Assembly: GCA_023334545.1 (NCBI GenBank)
Contig: JAADVB010000106.1
Location: forward strand, 1 to 58,496
From: Salisapilia sapeloensis CBS 127946
Taxonomy: Eukaryota; Protista; Oomycota
Direction: 5' to 3'
DNA length: 58,496 bases
Part shown: positions 50,076 through 58,496 of the stretch, in pieces
How the letters are laid out: every line of letters starts with the position of its first letter
Position numbering within the stretch: the stretch's first letter is position 1
The notes under the pieces: generated by a model
The model's input: only the letters and a program-made list of their open reading frames with translations
Database searches by the model: none
Told to the model about the DNA's origin: nothing
Position numbers and translations under genes: made by a program

Positions 50076-52166
50076 TTAAACAGAGCCTTGGAACTTGCCT
50101 TCCGTCTCGACTCCCTTCTCCAAATCGGCCTCACTCTTATCCTCCTCTTCAGACTCGTCCGAGCTAGATTCGTTATTCACGGCCGCTGCGTCCTTGTGCT
50201 CCTCGGCGTACCGACGACGACGGTCCATGAACGCCACGACTACGGCAGCTAGGACTACACCAACAACGGCACCGATACCCGTTCCGATCATCGTTATCGT
50301 GCTCATGCCTTCGTACCCTTCATCGCCTTCGTCCGCTGCAGCTGCACCCTGGACACCAGCAATTTCCGGTCGGGCCTTTTCCTCTTTAAGCTCCTCTTCC
50401 TGCTCCTCCTTTTCAAGCTGTTCGCTTTCCTTGGTCTTTTCGTCCAATGTCATAGCATCCTTTTGCGGCATCTCCTTATCGATCAATGATTTCATCTTTT
50501 CACTTCCATTCGCAGGAGAAGAGCTATCGTCTGCCTCTTCCGTCTCCTCAGCCGACTTCTTTTTCTGCTTTTTAGTCACCTTGCTGCTTCCGTCATCTTC
50601 TTCTGCCTCCTCCTCGACTGATGCTTCTTTGTGCTTTTTCGTCGCGTGTGAACTAGTCTCATCTTCTTCCTCTGCTTTTCCCTTTGCCGATTTCTTCTTT
50701 TCCTTCGTAGTCGTATGCTTACTAGTTTCATCTTCTTCTTCCGACTCCTCCTTGATCGTATCCTTGATCTCTCCCCAAGAAGAACCAGCAGCATCCTTCA
50801 TGTCCTTCCAGTTGCTACCAGCAGCCTCTTTCACTTCCTTGTACGTGTCTCCAGGCTTCTGCATAGCTTCCTTCACATCCTCCCACTTGCTGCCGGCAGC
50901 TTCTTCAATGTCGCCAAACTTGCCACCAAGGTCATCGACAACGCCGTCCCACTTGCTGCCCATCTCCTCCTTCCAGTCTTCCAAGTCTGAGGAAGAGAAC
51001 CAGTCGGCAACATTCGATTTGGCGTCATCAAACGAGTCTTTGATGTCGTCAAAAATGTCTTTTTGGTGCTGCTTCTTAGCCTTGCGTCCCTTTGTCGGGC
51101 TTGAGGTCTGTTTTTCACTGGCCTCGTCCTCGTACTCTTCGTCATAGTCTTCAGAGTATTCCTCAGAGTCTAACTCCAAGTCAGTGGCTGATGCAGATGC
51201 ATCGGTAGAAGCGTCCGTAGCTTCGATGTCATCGTATGAGGATGCAGAGCCTGACGACTTTTTCTTACTCCTTTTCTGTGCTACTTCCACCGGTCTCGAT
51301 CCCTCCAGTGGTTCATCATCCATGTACGATGTTTCGGGGTAATCTGTCGAGACAGATTCTTCATACTCTTCGGATTCCTCAACCTCTGCTTCTACGCTCG
51401 CAGAAGTTGAAGCAGACATTGCCTCATCCATCGAAACGTTTTCATCGAACGAATCGGAGTACTCAGAGTCTTCAATCTCACTCGTAGTAGTCTTCGCATG
51501 CTTGGCGCTCTTCTTCTTCTTCGTATGAGCCTTCTGCTTCTTCACAGTCTGTGCTTCTTTTGTCGATGTAGCACTACCTTCACTCGATGCGTCTGCTTCT
51601 GGTTTGCTACTGTCGTAGCTATCCTCTAGCTCCTCTGACTCCAGAGAAGCTTCGTCTGTGTGCTTTTGCACCTTCTTCTTCTTCGGAGCAGTAGTGTCTT
51701 CCGATTCAGCATCCTCACTCTCGTAGCTGTCATACTCCACTTCGTCAACAATAGCCGAGCCGGAGCCGACACTGTTTTTCGACGATGATTCGAATGAGCC
51801 CGCGTCCATATTTCTATCGTACGAATCCGACTCACTCACTTCTTCTGCCAATTCTGAATCGACTGATGAACTCTCCATTTTACCAGAGCTAGCTGTACGA
51901 CTCGTGGGTTCATTCGTATCCGCAGAATCACCCACGTCTTCAGATGCGACATCGTCCGAGTATTCTTCCGCAGAGTCATCGTAGGACACCGCAGGGGTAT
52001 CCGCACTCTCGTACGACTCGAACTTACTTTCCGCGCTCTCGTACGATGTTTCCTCTATAGGCGAGTCGTAGGATTCAGCCGGCGCTTTTCTCGCAGGCTC
52101 AGCGCTCACAATGGTCGTGACAGCCAAGGCAGCAAGGATCAATCCGCTTGTTCGTTTGAGCATCAT
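50076..52166 (-). CDS. Secreted-type, highly acidic Ser/Glu/Lys-rich single-pass membrane protein with internal 11-mer repeats
   Basis: Signal MMLKRTSGLILAALAVTTIVSA, a low-complexity ectodomain, TM IGTGIGAVVGVVLAAVVVAFM and stop-transfer DRRRR. Confidence 0.82.
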   Translation of the reverse strand: MMLKRTSGLILAALAVTTIVSAEPARKAPAESYDSPIEETSYESAESKFESYESADTPAVSYDDSAEEYSDDVASEDVGDSADTNEPTSRTASSGKMESSSVDSELAEEVSESDSYDRNMDAGSFESSSKNSVGSGSAIVDEVEYDSYESEDAESEDTTAPKKKKVQKHTDEASLESEELEDSYDSSKPEADASSEGSATSTKEAQTVKKQKAHTKKKKSAKHAKTTTSEIEDSEYSDSFDENVSMDEAMSASTSASVEAEVEESEEYEESVSTDYPETSYMDDEPLEGSRPVEVAQKRSKKKSSGSASSYDDIEATDASTDASASATDLELDSEEYSEDYDEEYEDEASEKQTSSPTKGRKAKKQHQKDIFDDIKDSFDDAKSNVADWFSSSDLEDWKEEMGSKWDGVVDDLGGKFGDIEEAAGSKWEDVKEAMQKPGDTYKEVKEAAGSNWKDMKDAAGSSWGEIKDTIKEESEEEDETSKHTTTKEKKKSAKGKAEEEDETSSHATKKHKEASVEEEAEEDDGSSKVTKKQKKKSAEETEEADDSSSPANGSEKMKSLIDKEMPQKDAMTLDEKTKESEQLEKEEQEEELKEEKARPEIAGVQGAAAADEGDEGYEGMSTITMIGTGIGAVVGVVLAAVVVAFMDRRRRYAEEHKDAAAVNNESSSDESEEEDKSEADLEKGVETEGKFQGSV
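50755..51040 (-). repeat. 11-residue amphipathic repeat block
   Basis: EEMGSKWDGVV, DDLGGKFGDIE, EAAGSKWEDVK, EAAGSNWKDMK and DAAGSSWGEIK. Confidence 0.75.
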
Positions 52167-52238
52167 ATTTGTGTCTACTACTCCAGAGGAAGGGATGGAA
52201 GAGCTATTCCGCACGACTTGTCTTGTGTGTCTCGAGCG

Positions 52239-52254
52239 GAAAGTGAAAATGAGC
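52239..52254 (-). promoter_or_regulatory. Perfect Inr/FPR core promoter (GCTCATTTTCACTTTC)
   Basis: 16/16 match to the oomycete consensus GCTCATTYBNNNWTTY, 73-88 nt upstream of ATG 52166. Confidence 0.75.
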
Positions 52255-53363
52255 TGGCGATTAAGAAGCAGGTGTGAGAAAAGTCCATGCCGTATGTTTG
52301 TGAACAGTCGTGTGGTTTAGTAAAATGGGAGTGTCCTACGTATTTTGAAAGATGGTGGAAAGAAACTTGACAGAAATCGCTGGATGGTATCGTGTGTGCC
52401 TTGGACAAGCCCGGACGTTCGTGTGTTTGCTGGATATTGGGAAGGAAGTCTTTGTAGAGGATCGACAAAGCTTGAGAATGCAAAGATAGGTACGGGATTG
52501 CTGTTTAGCTGTTTAAGAATCCACGTGTATCTTTGTCAGTCGTAGGTACATGCCAGGTACATCCTGCAATCCATGGTAGTCAACCTCGAAAGTCAAAGGT
52601 AAATACCCTCGATAAAGTTTGTACATTTTCTACTGCCTGTATATGCATGATATAGTGAGCATGAACGTATAAAGGTTGTCCTAGTTGCAATGAACACTGC
52701 TGTATGTACCCACTGATTGTGCTCCCGATTCGAAGTGTTTGAAGTCACCTCCTGACGTGGCGCCAAATTTCCAAGCGCAAGGAAAGACCGCTGGAATGAC
52801 AACTGTCATGTACCTGTAAAACAACAAAGAGGAGTAGCTATGACTCGACTGACAATCAATCACCGATCGTGCTTGATTAGGAGTGTCCATCTGCTCACGC
52901 CGAAACGTGACTCTCTTCACTCGGAGCTCTTCATGCCAGTACAAAGTTTTCACAAGACGTCTATAAACATACATCTACTGTTCTACACGTGTCCCATGCT
53001 AGCGCCATATATTCTGCACCCACTACGTATGCCACGCTCTATCTTGGCGCCAGAACTGATCGGATTGAAAAGATGTACTGCTGTTTTTCCATTTTGTTCT
53101 AACAGTCTCCTGTAAGCTCGGATCATCTACAGCTCTATCTGCGAAAGAAGTATGAAGTAGTAGCTTGTAAACCATGAAGGATAGAGCTATTATTGCAATG
53201 GTAGAACGAGGGGAAAGAAAGAAACTCTACATGTTGTATTCTAGCAGATAGCTCCAATCCAAAACAGAGGAAGAGAAATACTTACTAACAAGCCATCATC
53301 TCTTCTGCAAACGCATACAAGTGACAAGAATCCCACAAAGATATCAAACAGAGGTAGATTTAC

Positions 53364-54770
53364 TTATGGCTCAAACGTAATGGGGAAGCAACTCTGGTCT
53401 TTCAAATCCACAAGCACAATCGTAGACGTTTCTGAAAAGCGAGGTACAAGCACCAACGTCACTTGCTGTCCCTTTCGACCTAGACATTCATCAGCATCAT
53501 TGATTAAACGTATGCATCAATAGACAATCTTACCCTGCACTTGCTTCGTCGCAAACTCGTCCTGATTACCAGCAAAGAATACATGCGGACACTCTTCTAT
53601 CACGAACGGATCTTCTTGTGCTGTCGGGAAACACGGAAGCAAGTCTGGTGCCGTCGGAGCTACATGTCGCCAGTACAAGCACTTTTCCAACGCTTGCAAC
53701 TTTGCCTCGCTATCCGTCTTACCCAAATCCATACACTGCATGAGACTCGTCAATGGTTGTCCAGCGTGTCCTAGGAAGCTCACACCGTCCACTTCGGCTT
53801 CATACGGATTCGTGACGGCACGGAAGGAAGTAAAGTACGCGCTACGAGGCAACAGACATGCATGGATCGGTTGCTGTGGCAGCGTATAATTGCTCGGATC
53901 GCTTCCGCCAGGCATCAAGTCCACGTCCATGCTGGCAGCTAGTGTACTTATGCATTCGTCTAGATTACGAAGAGGAGCAGCTTCCAACGCCAGCTCCTCT
54001 GCTGTTTTCTTTTTAAACGAATCAAACGTTTCGTCCTTTTCAGACTCATCTACCTGTTTCTTATCTACAGAGTCACCAGCGATGATCGTACGGACGATGG
54101 ACGACACGAATGCTAGTTCATTCGGGTCTTCCGACACGAGTCGTCCAGCCAAATAGTCCATCAGCAAATGAGTTTTGATCGGATTCACAGTGTCGGAGCC
54201 GTTGGAACTCAAGCCAGAGACAAGCGCAACGTATCTAGATGACTCTAGTTTCTGCTCGATCGGAGTTTGAGGAGCCATGTTCGGCGTAAAGACAGATTCG
54301 ACATTGAAACAGTTCTGTGTCGAGTCCATCGTGCCTTTAATGCCGATGATAACACCCGTAGGCGTCTCCTTCGTACTGATACTTCCAGAAAGCTCGACAC
54401 GTCCACTCTCATCTTCAATCACAAGCACATCATCATCACTTACGAGACTCTTATTCAAGTCTTCGATCGGAGCTAGAGCATCGCCCGTTTCCAATGATGC
54501 AAAGATATCTGGTTTCTGCGATAGGATCTTAAGAACCGTTCCGACGACAATGCATCGAGCTCCATCATGTAGGTCAATGATCTTGGACAGGACGCTCGGG
54601 TGTGTACTCTCCTCTTCCTCATCTACCTGTCGCTCTAATGACCCTCGCAAAGCTTCCAATCGGCTGACATAGATGTGGGAGAACTGTTGTGCATAGCTCT
54701 TCTTCTTCAGCACGAAGCGCTGGTACGTTGGTTTATACTCAGCCGTTTGTCTCGCAACTGCTTGTGGCAT
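53364..54770 (-). CDS. POLD2: DNA polymerase delta subunit 2 (2 exons; intron 53480-53533)
   Basis: QQFSHIYVSRL, LVIEDESGRVEL, DLMPGGSDPSNYTLPQQPIH, TNPY, RHVAPTAPD and DPFVIEECPHVFFAGNQ. Exon 2 adds LVLVPRFSETSTIVLVDL. Confidence 0.95.
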
Positions 54771-54989
54771 ACTAGAGAGGTAGATCGACGCCTTGGTGGT
54801 GTGGATTTCCCGCCAAAATGACGACGACTTGTACCTGTCCCATTATATCATCTGCCGTTCCTCTGTAAATTGAATGTAGAGTGTAGGTAATAAACTGAAT
54901 CGTTCGCATCATGACGGACGCACTCCTGACCACAGGAACGAGTGACAGTAGCAGACATCGTGTATCCATTGCCTACAGTGTATTGAGCC

Positions 54990-57900
54990 ATGGCAACGGA
55001 TGGTAAGAAAGTGGCCGATGCGCTTCGGAAGACGCTGAATTTGCCGTCTACAAAGTTTCCCATGCGAGCCAATGCTGCCAAGCGAGAGTTAGAGCTGCAT
55101 GCGCGTTGTGTGACACAAGCGTATGAGTCGCAATTGGCGTCTTCAGATCGTACCGATACGTTCATTCTGCATGACGGTCCACCATTTGCCAATGGTGACT
55201 TGCATATGGGTCATTTCCTTAATAAAGTCCTGAAAGACATTATCAATCGGTACAAGGTACTTCGAGGATACAAGGTCGAGTACATTCCAGGATGGGATTG
55301 CCACGGTCTTCCGATCGAGATGAAAGCTCTAGAGCGTCTGCAAAAGGAGGCTCAGACTGGTTCTATAAAATCATTCACGTGGGATCAGATCACACCGCTG
55401 GAAGTCCGTCAGCGCTCTCGACAGCTCGCAACAGAAGCTATTGCTGGTCAAAAAGCAGACTATCAGCGTTGGGGCATCATGGCCGACTGGGACGTCACGT
55501 ACGAGACTATGCGTCCAGCCTATGAAGCCCAGCAGTACGACATTCTTAAGCGCATGGTGGAAGATGGACTGATCTTTCGAGGCTTTAAACCAGTCTACTG
55601 GTCTCCCTCCTCCCAAACAGCATTGGCCGAGTCTGAACTCGAGTACGCCGACGACCACGTGTCCAAAGCAGCTTATATCTCCTTCCGTCTGCACTCGCTA
55701 CAGAGTCCTGAAGCTCAGGAAAAGCTCAGTCAGTTTGATCAACTTGAATGCGTCATCTGGACCACGACACCTTGGACCATTCCGTCCAACATGGCGCTAT
55801 GTGTCCATGAAGACCTGACGTACGCTGTCGTGAAGGACAGTCGTTCCAACCGCTTCTACCTCGTTGCGCAGGACCTTCTCGACAACTTCCAGCAGGCTCT
55901 GTATCCTGATGAAGACCATTCTCTCCAAGTGATGGCGACGCTGACTGGAAAAGAGATGGAAGGCAGTGCGTTTGTGCATCCGTTGTACCCATCCCAGACG
56001 TCTCCTGTTCTCCTAGGAGACCATGTCACCACCGACGCTGGTACCGGTGTCGTCCACACTGCGCCGGGCCATGGTCAAGATGATTACCTCGTGTGGAGCA
56101 ACTACATCAAGTCGAATTCGCAAGGCTCTGTGGATATCGCGTGCCCTGTGGATGGCACTGGTGCCTTCACGTCTGCTGCTGGACTTGATCTAGAAGGTTT
56201 AGAGGTGCTCACAGACGGTACGAGCCGTGTGTTGGAGCATCTAGAGCAGAACGGCAGTCTCTTGACTGTAGCGGACTATAAGCATCGATATCCGTACGAC
56301 TGGCGGACGAAGCAACCTGTCATCCTTCGAGCGACAGCTCAGTGGTTTGCGCAGCTCACAACGCTTCACGCACAAGCTCAGGAGATTGTCCAGCAAGACA
56401 TCACGACGTTCCCAGCGTCATCGAAAAGAAGATTGGAAGCAACTCTAGCTAGTCGAAGCGAATGGTGCATCAGTCGTCAACGTGCATGGGGTCTTCCCAT
56501 CCCTGTCTTCTACCACAAGTCGACTGGAGACCCATTGTTAACGTCAGAATCGATCGCATACGTCCAAGACATCATCCGTATGCAAGGCTCTGACGCTTGG
56601 TTCCAACTATCTGTCGAAGAGCTGCTTCCTCCTAGTCATAAGCAAGATAGCGACCAGTATGTGAAAGGCACAGATACGCTAGATGTATGGTTTGATAGTG
56701 GTAGTTCATGGCATTCCGTCCTTCCATTCAGCAACGATCAAAAGCAAGCGCAGGTGTATCTCGAAGGCTCCGATCAACATCGTGGGTGGTTCCAATCATC
56801 TCTCCTAACGTCCGTCGCGATGCAAAACATCTCGCCGTATCAACACTTGATCACGCATGGCTTCACGTTGGATGAACATGGACAAAAGATGTCCAAGTCG
56901 ATTGGAAATACGATTCTCCCGAAAGACTTTATTGATGGTGCATCCATGGCGCTTCCGAATAAGAACCCGAAGAAGAAACCGAAGAAGGTTCAGATACCTG
57001 CGTATGGAGCTGATGTCCTGCGCTACTGGGTCGCTTCCACCGACTTTACAGGTGACGTTGCGATCGGTCCGTCTGTCATTGCAAAAGTCAGTGACGCGAT
57101 GAGAAAGACACGAAACACCGTTCGCTTCCTACTTGCGAATTTAAATGACTTTAAACCGAATGAACATGTCGTCAAGTACGACGACATGCCTCGTGTCGAT
57201 CGATACTTGCTCCATGTGCTAGACCAACTCGGTCGAGACGTCACACTCGCGTATGACTCGTACAGTTTCCAGCGCGTGCAGAGCGCCATCGCTCACTTTG
57301 TGTCGACTGACCTGTCAGCATTCTACATGGAAGCTGCCAAGGACAGACTGTACTGTGGGGAGCAAGGAGGTCGCGATAGACGGAGTGCTCAAACCGTCTT
57401 GTGGTATGCGTTGCAAACACTCAGTCGATCCATTGCGCCTGTTGCGTGCCACACGGCCGAAGACATTCGTATGCACTGGAGAGCACAGATTGAGAACGTC
57501 GAGACGGATGACGTGGACAATAGTATCTTCACAGACCGCAGTGAGCTCATGACGAGCGAACTGGACCAATCGTTCTGGCTACCAACGGCACGAGAGTGGA
57601 ACAATGACAAGCTCGCGATGGAGTGGAGTGCCATTCGGCAGTTAAGACTGGAGGTGAATCGGCTTGTGGAGATCATGCGAAGCGATGGAAGTGTCGGCAG
57701 TCAGCTCGAGTGCAACGTTGTCATCATTCCGAAGGACGCCAAGAGTCGTGAGATACTCTCACCATTAGCATCCGATGCGGAGACTGTGGATAAGAGGACG
57801 TTGGAAGACGTGTTGCTGTGTTCTGGAGTGTTTGTGAAGGAAGACAAGGAGGATGTGGGTGTGGATGACGGTACATGGAAGACGGGGGAATGCACATTGA

Positions 57901-58082
57901 CGATGGGCAATGAAGGAATGCAGGTGGAGCTTCTGGTGACGCCAGCAAGGGGACACAAGTGTCCGAGGTGTTGGAAGTATGCACCGGAAGTTGATGAGAG
58001 TGAATCCCTGCTGTGCTTCCGATGTGCTGATGCTGCTAGTGTCAAATCGATTGAGGAGGTTGCAGCAACTTTGGTGGAGTAG
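54990..58082 (+). CDS. IARS2: Isoleucyl-tRNA synthetase, bacterial/mitochondrial type
   Basis: LHDGPPFANGDLHMGH, PGWDCHGLPIE, WTTTPWTIP, EGSDQHRGWF, KMSKS and a C-terminal Zn finger (CPRCW…LCFRC). Confidence 0.93.
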   Translation: MATDGKKVADALRKTLNLPSTKFPMRANAAKRELELHARCVTQAYESQLASSDRTDTFILHDGPPFANGDLHMGHFLNKVLKDIINRYKVLRGYKVEYIPGWDCHGLPIEMKALERLQKEAQTGSIKSFTWDQITPLEVRQRSRQLATEAIAGQKADYQRWGIMADWDVTYETMRPAYEAQQYDILKRMVEDGLIFRGFKPVYWSPSSQTALAESELEYADDHVSKAAYISFRLHSLQSPEAQEKLSQFDQLECVIWTTTPWTIPSNMALCVHEDLTYAVVKDSRSNRFYLVAQDLLDNFQQALYPDEDHSLQVMATLTGKEMEGSAFVHPLYPSQTSPVLLGDHVTTDAGTGVVHTAPGHGQDDYLVWSNYIKSNSQGSVDIACPVDGTGAFTSAAGLDLEGLEVLTDGTSRVLEHLEQNGSLLTVADYKHRYPYDWRTKQPVILRATAQWFAQLTTLHAQAQEIVQQDITTFPASSKRRLEATLASRSEWCISRQRAWGLPIPVFYHKSTGDPLLTSESIAYVQDIIRMQGSDAWFQLSVEELLPPSHKQDSDQYVKGTDTLDVWFDSGSSWHSVLPFSNDQKQAQVYLEGSDQHRGWFQSSLLTSVAMQNISPYQHLITHGFTLDEHGQKMSKSIGNTILPKDFIDGASMALPNKNPKKKPKKVQIPAYGADVLRYWVASTDFTGDVAIGPSVIAKVSDAMRKTRNTVRFLLANLNDFKPNEHVVKYDDMPRVDRYLLHVLDQLGRDVTLAYDSYSFQRVQSAIAHFVSTDLSAFYMEAAKDRLYCGEQGGRDRRSAQTVLWYALQTLSRSIAPVACHTAEDIRMHWRAQIENVETDDVDNSIFTDRSELMTSELDQSFWLPTAREWNNDKLAMEWSAIRQLRLEVNRLVEIMRSDGSVGSQLECNVVIIPKDAKSREILSPLASDAETVDKRTLEDVLLCSGVFVKEDKEDVGVDDGTWKTGECTLTMGNEGMQVELLVTPARGHKCPRCWKYAPEVDESESLLCFRCADAASVKSIEEVAATLVE

Positions 58083-58159
58083 ATCGTAGTGATATGATCA
58101 ACGATAGATGATGGAACATCGCCATGTTTTAACTTGAAATTGTGTTTGATCCTTTGATG

Positions 58160-58321
58160 AAAGTTAATTTCTGACTACTGAATGTGTATTATCACAAGTC
58201 TTGAGATATGGAAAGCGGATGATAATAGCTAACCCATCATGTATTTGCAATCCAAGTACGAAAACTTGATGGTGCAGAGCTTGTGCTTGGCAACCTACTG
58301 AAATTCCATGACCAAGTAGAT
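58160..58321 (-). pseudogene. Possible protein-kinase relic (subdomains V-VIb)
   Basis: Reads IYLVMEFQ*…CKYMMG*LLSSAFHISRLVIIH with in-frame stops. The *LL-to-IIH spacing equals the QLL-to-H(RD) spacing of CDK/MAPK kinases. Confidence 0.35.
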
Positions 58322-58496
58322 CTACATTGGACTCATTTGAAGACAATGCACTAGACAAAGTCTATTTTATAATAAATTTATCACGTTTTTCAGCTTTAGC
58401 GTTTCTGTAGAGACCTCTTTGCGGTTGTTTCGGAGGAGGGCACATGCTTGGGCGCTTAAAAAGATGGCGAAAGATAACGCAAAAAAAAGCAAAAAG

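Noticed and set aside
1-58496. tRNA or rRNA genes
   Set aside because: Scattered GTTCGA words lack cloverleaf context, and no rRNA-length conserved sequence was seen.

Overview
Gene-dense eukaryotic DNA, almost certainly from a zoospore-forming oomycete. The support is oomycete Inr/FPR core-promoter motifs, an oomycete-type Cys-rich surface domain, short GT-AG introns (49-78 nt) and ciliary genes (CFAP20, ARL6, an ERICH3-like gene). About 30 protein genes can be modelled. Most are housekeeping: ADE2, a CNBP-like gene, NDUFA1, BRCA2, an AKR1-type palmitoyltransferase, TAF10, QCR8, MED28, TMEM161, THUMPD1, FKBP15, a class I HDAC, clathrin light chain, RPL29, a TFIIIA-like gene, WDR18, AHCY, PEPCK, POLD2 and IleRS. 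There are also secreted or surface proteins (a trypsin and its decayed paralog, a membrane-anchored tyrosinase-mucin fusion, an acidic protein with 11-mer repeats). The strongest signal the ORF track misses is a tandemly duplicated cluster of four C/D-box snoRNA candidates just downstream of RPL29 (27558-28049). All four have terminal stems and LSU-rRNA guides, and one paralog pair has its D' box shifted by 2 nt, which predicts a retargeted methylation site. Other highlights are a candidate 6-nt microexon inside an RNA hairpin in clathrin light chain, a tyrosinase with an altered CuA site, a CobD-like PLP enzyme and a lone Harbinger-type Myb/SANT gene. Family assignments and rRNA target sequences come from recalled motifs, not database searches. 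Intron models were read by eye.
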